Source: a candidate division FCPU426 bacterium (GTDB lineage: Bacteria; Oederibacteriota; Muellerivitia; Muellerivitales; Muellerivitaceae). From it: DNA of 64,000 bases. Where the stretch lies: positions 256,001-320,000 of the forward strand of contig CAWCKJ010000004.1 in assembly GCA_963796105.1 (NCBI GenBank). The letters are read 5' to 3'. The notes below the pieces were generated by a model. That model was not told the DNA's origin. It saw nothing but the letters and a program-made list of their open reading frames with translations, and searched no databases. Of the stretch, positions 1 through 8,154 are shown in pieces (positions within the stretch are counted from its first letter, which is position 1; each line of letters begins with the position of its first letter). The translations under genes and the position numbers were made by a program.

Positions 1-546
1 AGTACCTAAATTCTTTTGACGTTCTATTAACTCTTTTTGATATTCAACGAAAGTTTGAAAGTCTTTAGGATCAACAGTCGGGGAAATTGGCTTATCTCGT
101 TGTAGCTTTGTCTTTATAGTATTTATATTTTTTTTGATTACTTCCTTTAATTGATCGGGTGGGTCTCGAAATCGTCTTTTTGCTAATTCCCAATTTCTTT
201 CAAATTCCTTTTTAAGGTCATCAGCATCTGACGTTCCGGGATAAGCTTTATCAAAATTTTTAACTACTTGTCCTTGCCATATATCCAACGTATCCCACAG
301 CCAATATCCATAATCTTCTAGTTTGAAATTTAATAAAATTTTCGCATCATTTTCTAAACACACTTTAAATTGTTGGAGGGTAGAAAATTCTTTTTTGGTT
401 TTGAAGAAAAAATAATGGCATACCATAATTAAACCGATAGCTATTCCAATAATTCCTATAGAATCAGATTGCGGTAGGTGTGTCAATCTTCCTACCCCTC
501 CATAAATAAGCGCAAACGCAGAAACTAAATTCCAAGGATTTCGCAT
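1..546 (-). CDS. Hypothetical membrane protein (3' end runs off the window); cargo of the left integrated element
   Basis: ATG at 546 opens a frame (MRNPWNLVSAFALIYGGVG...) with two N-terminal hydrophobic stretches that stays open to position 1; AT-rich. Confidence 0.6.
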   Translation of the reverse strand, partial: MRNPWNLVSAFALIYGGVGRLTHLPQSDSIGIIGIAIGLIMVCHYFFFKTKKEFSTLQQFKVCLENDAKILLNFKLEDYGYWLWDTLDIWQGQVVKNFDKAYPGTSDADDLKKEFERNWELAKRRFRDPPDQLKEVIKKNINTIKTKLQRDKPISPTVDPKDFQTFVEYQKELIERQKNLGT

Positions 547-599
547 AGGAGGTATTATAAATAACAAACTCATTTGTGGAATTAACTATATAAGTTTCT

Positions 600-788
600 T
601 TATTCTAGGGTTTGGTCGGTTTTATCCTCAAAAATTATTTGTGCTTGAGTTCTTGAAGATAAAGAAACAGCTTTCAATCTATCTTTCAAAACTTCTCTTG
701 AAATAATTTTGGCCAATATTCGAATGCCGGATTTTATACTCTCTTTTGATTCTTCATCAGATTCCATTTTAAACCTTAAGGTATTCAA
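600..788 (-). CDS. Small hypothetical protein
   Basis: 62-aa ORF overlapping the stop of the upstream lipoprotein gene (TTGA coupling). Confidence 0.45.
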   Translation of the reverse strand: MNTLRFKMESDEESKESIKSGIRILAKIISREVLKDRLKAVSLSSRTQAQIIFEDKTDQTLE

Positions 789-1351
789 TACAGGATAATT
801 TGACTGCTCTCGAAACTTTTAGGCAATTTGCATGGGGCGTTGTGCATATAAATTTCGGTGCTATCTGCTGATTGAATAGAACTTAAATCTGTCATTGTTT
901 GACATGTAATTGTAATTACCGCTGAGTTTGCAGAGCAGGGTAACGTATCCCCGCAATTAATCGTAAGGTTTGAAGAGTTTATAGAGCCTGAACAACTGGA
1001 AGGCCCTGCACAAGTTGTGGTAGGGGCGGAACATGCTGTGCCGGTTATGATGGAAACCGAAGAACTATTAAAACTTTGCGGTAAATGAGATGGAGCGGCG
1101 CAAGCAAAAATATCCGTACTATTAGCGGATTTAATTGAACTTAAATCCATTGGAGTTGAACAAGATAACGTGATTTCGGAGCTATTGGCCGATGAAGGAA
1201 GAGTAGCCCCACAAGGCAAGATAAACGAACTACTGTTTGCACTGGTTCCCCCCGTGGAAGGGGATGTAGCCGGTTTTGAAGTGCAAGACCAAACCAGCCA
1301 TGAGAAAACAGTAAGGCCTAATAAACCCAAAAACATTGTATTTTTTTTCAT
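785..1351 (-). CDS. Cys/Ser-rich putative lipoprotein with an internal duplication
   Basis: MKK + hydrophobic signal + WSC lipobox-like Cys; two ~63-aa homologous halves (CGATLPSSANSS.../CGDTLPCSANSA...); AAGAGGTG RBS before ATG 1351. Confidence 0.7.
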   Translation of the reverse strand: MKKNTMFLGLLGLTVFSWLVWSCTSKPATSPSTGGTSANSSSFILPCGATLPSSANSSEITLSCSTPMDLSSIKSANSTDIFACAAPSHLPQSFNSSSVSIITGTACSAPTTTCAGPSSCSGSINSSNLTINCGDTLPCSANSAVITITCQTMTDLSSIQSADSTEIYMHNAPCKLPKSFESSQIILY

Positions 1352-1473
1352 AAACACACCTCTTTTAAAATTCAATCCGGACCAAAAACTTGTTTTGCCG
1401 TGGATTCAACTTATTTCACGACTTAATATATAGTTTATGTACTGAACTAGGAGTTTCAACTGTAATTTGTCCC

Positions 1474-1719
1474 ATGAAGGACAAATTCATCACCATTCAA
1501 TTGGGGAAAAATATTCGGGAATTAAGGCTTAAAAAGGGATTAACCCAAGAGCAATTGGCCGAATTAACCCAAATTCATTCGGTATATATGAGCAATATCG
1601 AGAACGGCTTACGAAATATTACTGTGATTAAAGCCTTTAAAATCGCTCAAGCGTTGGATTGCGACGTTTCGAAATTGTTCAAGGGGATTCCCCGTACACC
1701 TAAAAGCGCTTCAAAATAA
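1474..1719 (+). CDS. XRE-family HTH regulator (controller C-protein-like)
   Basis: LGKNIRELRLKKGLTQEQLAE...SNIENGLRN motif; imperfect palindrome TAGTTTA-N5-TGAACTA at 1431-1449 upstream. Confidence 0.85.
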   Translation: MKDKFITIQLGKNIRELRLKKGLTQEQLAELTQIHSVYMSNIENGLRNITVIKAFKIAQALDCDVSKLFKGIPRTPKSASK

Positions 1720-1727
1720 ATTCCACC

Positions 1728-2165
1728 AAACCCATAAACCCATTCTCAGAATCCATTCTTAGAATGCCATTCTTAGAATCCCAAACCCCTTGAGCAGGGT
1801 TTAAAAGCCATTATTTATGTGTTTATTAACCCATAAACCCATTCTTAAGAATCCATTCTTAAGAATCATTCTTAGAATGCCATTCTTAGAATCCACAAAC
1901 CCATTAGGCAGGGTATAAAAGCCATTATTTATGGGTTTTATTAACCCATAAACCCATTCTTAAGAATCCATTCTTAGAATCATTCTTAGAATCCATTCTC
2001 AGAATCAAAACCCATAACCCACAAACCCATTACCCATACCCATAAACCCTTTAGGTATGCCTAAAACCATGTTTTATGGGATATAACCCACCCCTAAACC
2101 CATACACACAAACCCATTACCCATAAACCCATAACCCATTTCCAAACCCATCGCCTTATGGGTTT
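1728..2165. repeat. Nested direct/palindromic repeat region, putative replication origin of the element
   Basis: About three ~105-115 bp units containing clusters of palindromic ATTCTTAGAAT and many AAACCCAT motifs; no ORF. Confidence 0.75.
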
Positions 2166-2280
2166 TGTTTTCAATCTAAGAAACACTCTCAAAGACCAAT
2201 CCGGGGATTTTTTAATGGAAAAATCGAGGGCGGATTCAACGATTTGCGAACCTATTTTCAGGGGGTGTTTTTAGGTTTTC

Positions 2281-2493
2281 CTATTTCACTTTTTGCGGGG
2301 GAAGGGTAGCTTTGACGGTAGCCGGGTTTCGACGCATTGCCCCGGTCACCAGCAATTCTATCAACTGCTTGGAGAACTCATGGCCTTCTTCAGGGGCAAT
2401 CGGAACAAAGTTAATTTCCACGTAAAAAGGTCTTTTTTTATTATGCCCATTAGTCATATTCCGGAGTATAATCCGATTATGCCTTATGGTCAA
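2281..2493 (-). CDS. Small hypothetical protein divergent from the XRE repressor
   Basis: ORF track; position typical of the Cro/Xis-like slot in integrative elements. Confidence 0.4.
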   Translation of the reverse strand: MTIRHNRIILRNMTNGHNKKRPFYVEINFVPIAPEEGHEFSKQLIELLVTGAMRRNPATVKATLPPQKVK

Positions 2494-2531
2494 GTATTCT
2501 GAAAAATAATTTCATCGTTTAAAAAAGGTAG

Positions 2532-3005
2532 GTGCTTATGGCAATGACAGGTAAAAGGCTGGAGCCTCAAGTCTCTGAGGAGTTCGTCAAGCTATTTGAG
2601 GAACACCTGGAAAAGAACAAACTAACCTTGATGGAAGTGGCGGATAAGGTGGAAATGTCCCAAAGCTACCTTTCCAGGATTCTAAGCCGGGAAAGGGGCC
2701 TTCCATCGGATGAGAAAGTCCTGCAAATGGCAAAAGCCCTCAAGATCAATCCCCCTGAATCCCTCTTGATTGTGGCCGGAAGGATACCGGCCACTAAGGG
2801 GGAAACGGATTCAGCCAAGATTGACAAATGCATCGATAAAATCAACCAACTAGCCCAAGAATCCAAGGAAATCAAAGAGGCCGCCGAATCCAACGCCTTT
2901 ATAGCCAAAGTCCTGTTAGGCATTGCGGCACTTGCGGGGGTGATTCTTATAGCCATAGCGGCTATTACCCTAAAACGGAAAAAAGAGATAAAGAATGACG
3001 CCTGA
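2532..3005 (+). CDS. XRE-family HTH repressor with a C-terminal transmembrane segment
   Basis: LTLMEVADKVEMSQSYLSRILSRERG HTH; hydrophobic VLLGIAALAGVILIAIAAITL followed by KRKK. Confidence 0.8.
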   Translation: MLMAMTGKRLEPQVSEEFVKLFEEHLEKNKLTLMEVADKVEMSQSYLSRILSRERGLPSDEKVLQMAKALKINPPESLLIVAGRIPATKGETDSAKIDKCIDKINQLAQESKEIKEAAESNAFIAKVLLGIAALAGVILIAIAAITLKRKKEIKNDA

Positions 3006-4818
3006 AAAGGTTAAATGCGGCCTATACGTCAGGGTATCAAGCCAGAACCAATTAAGCCCGGAATATAACTCTCTGGCAAGCCAAAGGGAGAAATTAGAGG
3101 CCTACTGCAAGAGCCAGGAAGGCTTTGAAATCTACCGGGTTTATGAGGATGGGGCTTTTTCGGCTGACAGCATGGAAAGGCCGCAATTGCAAGCCATGTT
3201 GACCGATATTCGTTTTGGGAAAATCAACTGCGTTTTAGTTTACAAGATTGACCGGCTCACCCGTTCGGTTAAGGACTTTAATACCCTTCTGGAAATATTC
3301 GAAAAGTACAAGGTCAAATTCGTTTCAATCACCCAAAGCTTAGACACTACCAGCCCGTCAGGGCGCTTGATGCGAAATATCATTGTGGACTTCAGCCAAT
3401 ACGAAAGGGAGATGACTTCCGACCGCACCAAGGACAAGATGCACCAAAGGGCGGAAAAAGGAATGTGGAACGGGGGAGTTGTGCCTTTTGGGTACAAAAA
3501 CGAAAACAAGAAGCTTGTCATTCATCCCAACGAATCCCCCATAGTTCAATTCATGTTCCGTCAATTCTCACAAGAGCCTTCCCTTGCCAAGCTAAGGGAA
3601 AAACTAAGGCTTAGGGGATATATGAACCGTGCCGGGAAGGAATGGGACAAAACCGCAATCATGCATATTCTTAAAAATCCGGTTTATTGCGGGAAAATCC
3701 GTATTGGTGAACAAATCTATAAAGGGCTTCACGAATCAATAGTTGAGGAAGCCCTATTCTTGCGGATCGAGAGATTAACACCCGACCGCACACACCCCAA
3801 AACCAAAATTGAAAGGCCGTTTCTGTTAAAGGGGTTGATTAGATGTTCCTATTGCGGTTCCTACATGACGCCCCATTACACCTTGAAGCACAGGAAAGAC
3901 GGCTCAACCCATGCGGTTTGTTATTACCGATGCACCAAGACAACCCATTTCAATAATCAATCCTGCAAGATCAGGCACATCAACGCCGAATTTGCGGAAA
4001 ATTGGGTCATAAGTTCCTTAACCCAAGTTACCTACAATGACGTTTATTTAGAAACCACTATCGAGGAAATAAACAAGAACCTACTTGGAAAAACGAATGA
4101 TTTGGAAAAGGAAGTGGATAACTTCAAGAAGAGTTTAGAAGAAGTAGAAAGCAAGATAGACCGCTATGTGAAGGCAATAGGGGAAGGAACCACTACCGCT
4201 AAACTCATAGAAAAAGAAATCAAAGTCCTAACGGATGATAAAAGAAAACTGGAAATCCAGTATGAAGCGGCCCAAGTGGACTTTAACAGCCAAGCAATGG
4301 CCGCTTTCGACGTTCAATTGATAAAAGAGAGTTTGAAAAGTTTCCGTGACAGCTTTGGGGCTCTTACGACCGAGGAAAAGGCGCAAACTCTACAGAAGTT
4401 TCTCAAGACCATCTTGGTTTATCCTGAAAAGATGTCCCTTGATGTCTATGAATTACCCACCTTTTCCGTCGGTTCGCAAAAGCGTTTGAAATGGCTCCCC
4501 GTGCTGGACTCGAACCGGGCACAATCGTCTTTGATGCCAATATTTTACCGTTCTGGAATAAAAGGCGGGAATTCTTTGGAAAACCGCTTTTCACCACAGG
4601 GACTCAGAGACTCAGCCAAAATCCCAGTTTATTGGCATAAATTCGGCTTATGCCAGCAGGAGACCCGGCCTTTCCGACAGGCCTTTCGACAGTCAAGCTG
4701 TCCATTCCGACAGAAACCTGGCCTTTCCGACAGGGCGCCCGATAGGCAGACCGCCCATTCCGACAGGAGCCCGGCCTTTCCGACAGGGCGTCCTGGGACC
4801 TTGGAACTCTGGAACTAG
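2995..4818 (+). CDS. Large serine recombinase/integrase (resolvase + recombinase + zinc ribbon + coiled coil); conserved part ends near 4515
   Basis: YVRVSS catalytic motif, RPQLQAML, VYKIDRLTRS, PFGY, ILKNPVYCG, LLKGLIRCSYCG...YYRC. Confidence 0.95.
   Translation: MTPEKVKCGLYVRVSSQNQLSPEYNSLASQREKLEAYCKSQEGFEIYRVYEDGAFSADSMERPQLQAMLTDIRFGKINCVLVYKIDRLTRSVKDFNTLLEIFEKYKVKFVSITQSLDTTSPSGRLMRNIIVDFSQYEREMTSDRTKDKMHQRAEKGMWNGGVVPFGYKNENKKLVIHPNESPIVQFMFRQFSQEPSLAKLREKLRLRGYMNRAGKEWDKTAIMHILKNPVYCGKIRIGEQIYKGLHESIVEEALFLRIERLTPDRTHPKTKIERPFLLKGLIRCSYCGSYMTPHYTLKHRKDGSTHAVCYYRCTKTTHFNNQSCKIRHINAEFAENWVISSLTQVTYNDVYLETTIEEINKNLLGKTNDLEKEVDNFKKSLEEVESKIDRYVKAIGEGTTTAKLIEKEIKVLTDDKRKLEIQYEAAQVDFNSQAMAAFDVQLIKESLKSFRDSFGALTTEEKAQTLQKFLKTILVYPEKMSLDVYELPTFSVGSQKRLKWLPVLDSNRAQSSLMPIFYRSGIKGGNSLENRFSPQGLRDSAKIPVYWHKFGLCQQETRPFRQAFRQSSCPFRQKPGLSDRAPDRQTAHSDRSPAFPTGRPGTLELWN
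4492..4516 (-). other. tRNA 3'-end fragment (tRNA-Asn-like), attachment site
   Basis: Minus strand reads GGTTCGAGTCCAGCACGGGGAGCCA (T-loop, acceptor 3' strand, G discriminator, CCA); no tRNA 5' half adjacent. Confidence 0.75.
4590..4616 (+). repeat. 27-bp REP-like dispersed repeat, copy 1
   Basis: TTCACCACAGGGACTCAGAGACTCAGC is identical to the reverse complement of 17361-17387. Confidence 0.8.
4660..4792. repeat. TTCCGACAG repeat block with ~53-bp higher-order period
   Basis: CC(T/A)TTCCGACAG recurs about 6 times; CCATTCCGACAG at 4702 and 4755. Confidence 0.75.
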
Positions 4819-4971
4819 CCTGGAACCACTGAAACTCGGGATTTCTGGAACTTTGGAACTTCTGGAACTGGCCTGGAACCACCAAATTCGGGATTCCTGG
4901 AACTCTGGAACTCTGGAACTTCTGGAACTGGCCTGGAACCACCAAATTCGGGATTCCTGGAACTCTGGAAC
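4793..4971. repeat. GGAAC-rich ~52-bp tandem repeat, left part
   Basis: Unit GGAACTCTGGAACTTCTGGAACTGGCCTGGAACCACCAAATTCGGGATTCCT with variants. Confidence 0.95.
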
Positions 4972-5134
4972 TGTCATTGGCCACGAGCTTTAACCCCCTA
5001 GCTGGCCAAGCACTTTGACCCCACCTCTGGCCAGTCACTTTGACCCCCTGTCTGGCCACCGACTTTGACCCCCTTGCCAAGGGCCTCTCTAACCGTCATT
5101 CCTTTCTCTTTTCACTTCATGTGAGGAGAACGGC

Positions 5135-6691
5135 ATGACCCGACAAGGGAGGCAGAGCGACATGACGACTATTCGTGAGATTTTGAGGACTTACCAGGCC
5201 TTGGGCGGGTTCAAACCCACTGCCCGGGCCCTGGGATGCAATAAGCACACGGTCAAGCAATACGTGCGTTGGGCGAAAGAACATGGCTTTCTCCAAGGGG
5301 AACTTCCCCTGGAAAAGGATTTGGCGAAGGCTTGGGAAGACGGCGAAAAATCCACGCCCGTTCCCGCTCATGCCTTGGAGGCCCTCAAGGGAATCATCCA
5401 AGAATGGTTGAAGGAAGATTTCACCTTGATTCGCATCCAGGAGATGCTTCAAGAGCGGCACGGGTGGAAGGGGAGTTACTCGACCCTGAAGAGGTATACG
5501 GAGCCTTTTCGCAATGAGAAACCCGCCTACGTGAGGCTGGAGGTTGCGCCCGGCGAGGAGGCCCAAGTGGATTTCGGGCTTTTGGGCCGCTTGTGGGACG
5601 AGACGCGTGGCAAGCAAGCCAAGGCCTGGGTTTTCGTGATGACCCTTTCCCATTCCCGGCATATGTACGCCGAGATTGTATTCGCACAGGACGTGAGAAC
5701 CTGGATCGCCTGCCACCGCCGGGCTTTCGAGTTCTTCAATTCAGTCCCTAAAAAAATCGTAATCGATAACCTGAAAAGCGCCATCGTCAAGGCGGCCCTC
5801 TATGATCCCTTGGCCAACCGTACCTACGTGGAATGCGCCAACCATTACGGCTTCATCATCTCCCCTTGCCGCGTCGCCACTCCACGCCACAAGGGTAAAG
5901 TTGAACGCGGCGTGCCCTATGTCCGTAATTCCTTCTTCAAGGGTCGTTCCTTCCAGGGCCGCACCGATGCCAACCATCAACTCCGCGATTGGGTGATGAA
6001 CAAGGCAGGTTTACGGGATCATGGCACCACCCGGCTTCAACCCTTGGCCGTCTTCCAGAGCGTGGAACAGAAGGCCCTTTTGCCCCTGCCTACCGCGGCT
6101 TACCATCCAACTTTCTTCAAAGAAGCCACTCTGCACCCCGATTGCCACGTAGTCGTGGAAGGTTCCTATTACTCGGCTCCCTACCGTCTTCGGGGCCAAA
6201 AACTACTGGCCCAATTAACCGACACCACCGTTGATATATTTCTCAAACACGAATGCGTGGCTTCCCACGCCAAGGCCACACGCAAGGGAACCTGGCGCAC
6301 CAACCCGGGCCACTATCCCCCTGAAAAAGCGGTCTTCTTGGAACGAACCCCACAATGGTGCCTCAAACAGGCCCAGGCCATTGGACCTAATACCCATCAA
6401 TTAATCCAACTCCTGCTGGAACACTCCCACCCCCTGGACCACCTGCGCAAAGCCCAGGGCATTCTGCGCTTGAGGGAAAAGTACCTGCCTTCCCGTCTGG
6501 AGGCAGCCTGTCTAAGGGCCCTCCATTTCGGAAACTACACGTACCAATCCATCAAAAACATCCTTCAAAAGAACCTCGATCAAAACCCGTTGGACCCGCC
6601 GTCGGATCCTTCACTCAAACCCCAGTCGTCTTTCGATTTCGCCCGGCCCGCGGAGGATTTCCTCCGTGCCTTGGCTCTGGATAAAAATTGA
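5135..6691 (+). CDS. istA: IS21 transposase IstA
   Basis: PGEEAQVDFG, IVIDNLKSA and KGKVERGV DDE motifs. Confidence 0.95.
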   Translation: MTRQGRQSDMTTIREILRTYQALGGFKPTARALGCNKHTVKQYVRWAKEHGFLQGELPLEKDLAKAWEDGEKSTPVPAHALEALKGIIQEWLKEDFTLIRIQEMLQERHGWKGSYSTLKRYTEPFRNEKPAYVRLEVAPGEEAQVDFGLLGRLWDETRGKQAKAWVFVMTLSHSRHMYAEIVFAQDVRTWIACHRRAFEFFNSVPKKIVIDNLKSAIVKAALYDPLANRTYVECANHYGFIISPCRVATPRHKGKVERGVPYVRNSFFKGRSFQGRTDANHQLRDWVMNKAGLRDHGTTRLQPLAVFQSVEQKALLPLPTAAYHPTFFKEATLHPDCHVVVEGSYYSAPYRLRGQKLLAQLTDTTVDIFLKHECVASHAKATRKGTWRTNPGHYPPEKAVFLERTPQWCLKQAQAIGPNTHQLIQLLLEHSHPLDHLRKAQGILRLREKYLPSRLEAACLRALHFGNYTYQSIKNILQKNLDQNPLDPPSDPSLKPQSSFDFARPAEDFLRALALDKN

Positions 6692-6704
6692 GGAGGAAAC
6701 ATAT

Positions 6705-7484
6705 ATGGAAAATAAACATCAGTTGGAGCCGCACCTGAGAAGGTTAAAACTCGCAGGAATGTTGGAGACGCTGGAAATCCGAAACCAGCAGGCCATTGAA
6801 TCCCAGATCGGTTATATGGATTTCCTGGGCCAGTTGCTGTTGGATGAGCTGGAGCGCCGCCAAGTGGGCCAACTCCAAAGAAGGCTGAAAAAGGCGGGCT
6901 TCTCAACCCATATGACTCTAACGGGGTTCGATTTCGCCTTCAACCCGGCCATCAACCGGCAACAAATCCTGGATTTGGGTACTTGTTCTTTCGTGGAGCG
7001 AAAAGAGAACCTATTTTTCATCGGTCCCTCAGGTGTGGGCAAAACCCATTTGGCCTGCGCTTTGGCCCATGAAGTCTGCCGCAAGGGTTATGAGGTACTC
7101 TTTATCAAGACCTCGCATGCGGCCCAACGATTAGCGGCCTCGCGCGGGGACGGTACCTGGGAAAACCGATTCGCATCCTTCCTGAAACCCGACCTCTTGA
7201 TCCTGGACGACTGGGGTCTCAAGCCCTTCGACACCAAGGTCGCCGAGGATTTTTACGACATCATCTGTGAGCGTTATGAAAAGGGCTCCTTGATTTTTAC
7301 CACCAACCGCAGTCTGCGGGAGTGGCCGGAGCTTTTCGGCGACGCCCTCCTAGCCTCGGCTGCCATGGACCGCCTGGTCCACCATGCCACTGCCGTCGTC
7401 ATTCAGGGCCCTTCCTTTCGGACCCGTTCCATGCGCGAAGAAATGAAAAAAGAACACAGCAGGGAAAAAGAGGCAAAACTATGA
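6705..7484 (+). CDS. istB: IS21 helper ATPase IstB
   Basis: GPSGVGKTHLA Walker A, LLILDDWG Walker B, DRLVHHA; GAGGAGG RBS before ATG 6705. Confidence 0.95.
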   Translation: MENKHQLEPHLRRLKLAGMLETLEIRNQQAIESQIGYMDFLGQLLLDELERRQVGQLQRRLKKAGFSTHMTLTGFDFAFNPAINRQQILDLGTCSFVERKENLFFIGPSGVGKTHLACALAHEVCRKGYEVLFIKTSHAAQRLAASRGDGTWENRFASFLKPDLLILDDWGLKPFDTKVAEDFYDIICERYEKGSLIFTTNRSLREWPELFGDALLASAAMDRLVHHATAVVIQGPSFRTRSMREEMKKEHSREKEAKL

Positions 7485-7742
7485 GAAACCCATCGTTCGA
7501 TGCTGTCTTATTCGTGCAATCTTGCGCCTATTGGTTACGGGATTTGCGCGGGACTTCGTATCATCCAATGTTGGGGAAGCAAAACGCATCTTGTGAAAGG
7601 AGTTTGATGGGTCTAAATTAATCTAAAAAAAAGGCCCCGCAAGGCAGGGGTCGAAGTCCCCGAAACAGGCACCCCTCGAAGTGCCCAAAAGAGGGGGGGC
7701 AAAGTAGGCGGCCAGGGGGGTCAAAGTGACTGGCCAGTGACA

Positions 7743-8138
7743 GGAACTTCTGGAACTAGCCTGGAACCACCAAATTCGGGATTCCTGGAACTTCTGGAAC
7801 TGGCCTAGAACCACCAAATTCGGGATTCCTGGAACTCTGGAACTTCTGGAACTGGCCTGGAACCACCAAATTCGGGATTCCTGGAACTCTGGAACTTCTG
7901 GAACTGGCTTGGAACCACCAAATTCGGGATTCCTGGAACTCTGGAACTTCTGGAACTGGCCTAGAACCACCAAATTCGGGATTCCTGGAACTCTGGAACT
8001 GGCCTGGAACCACCAAATTCGGGATTCCTGGAACTCTGGAACTTCTGGAACTGGCCTGGAACCATTGGAACTCGAGAATCCGGGAACCTTGGAACTCTGG
8101 AACTGGCAGGGAACCACGGGAACTCGGGAACTGGCCTC
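7743..8138. repeat. GGAAC-rich ~52-bp tandem repeat, right part
   Basis: AAATTCGGGATTCCT at 7772, 7816, 7868, 7920, 7972 and 8015, then degenerate units. Confidence 0.95.
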
Positions 8139-8154
8139 TTGGACAGCTTTTTCC

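Larger units (their letters stand above)
1..4516. mobile_element. Right part of an integrative element mobilised by a large serine recombinase; left end outside the window
   Basis: Serine recombinase ending in a tRNA 3' fragment, two XRE genes, origin-like repeats, lower GC than the core region. Confidence 0.7.
4972..7742 (+). mobile_element. IS21-family insertion sequence, 2771 bp
   Basis: TGTCA...TGACA termini, repeated subterminal TGGCCA-N-ACTTTGACCCC motifs, 5-bp target duplication GGAAC (4967-4971 and 7743-7747). Confidence 0.95.

Noticed and set aside
1474..1719. Restriction-modification system controlled by C-like proteins (also 39092-39310)
   Set aside because: No methyltransferase or recognisable endonuclease nearby in the window
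1728..2165. CRISPR-like or real telomeric array
   Set aside because: No unique spacers; it is internal to an integrated element
4517..4818. Genuine C-terminal domain of the serine recombinase
   Set aside because: It is read-through beyond the att site into repeat DNA
4604..5080. Repeat-encoded ORFs (also 7623-8169)
   Set aside because: By-products of a 52-bp stop-poor repeat; they cross IS ends and cycle through frames
7481..7621. Third IS21 ORF coupled to istB
   Set aside because: Only 46 codons with no recognisable motif
4793..8138. CRISPR array
   Set aside because: The units are tandem copies with no unique spacers, and there are no cas genes in the window
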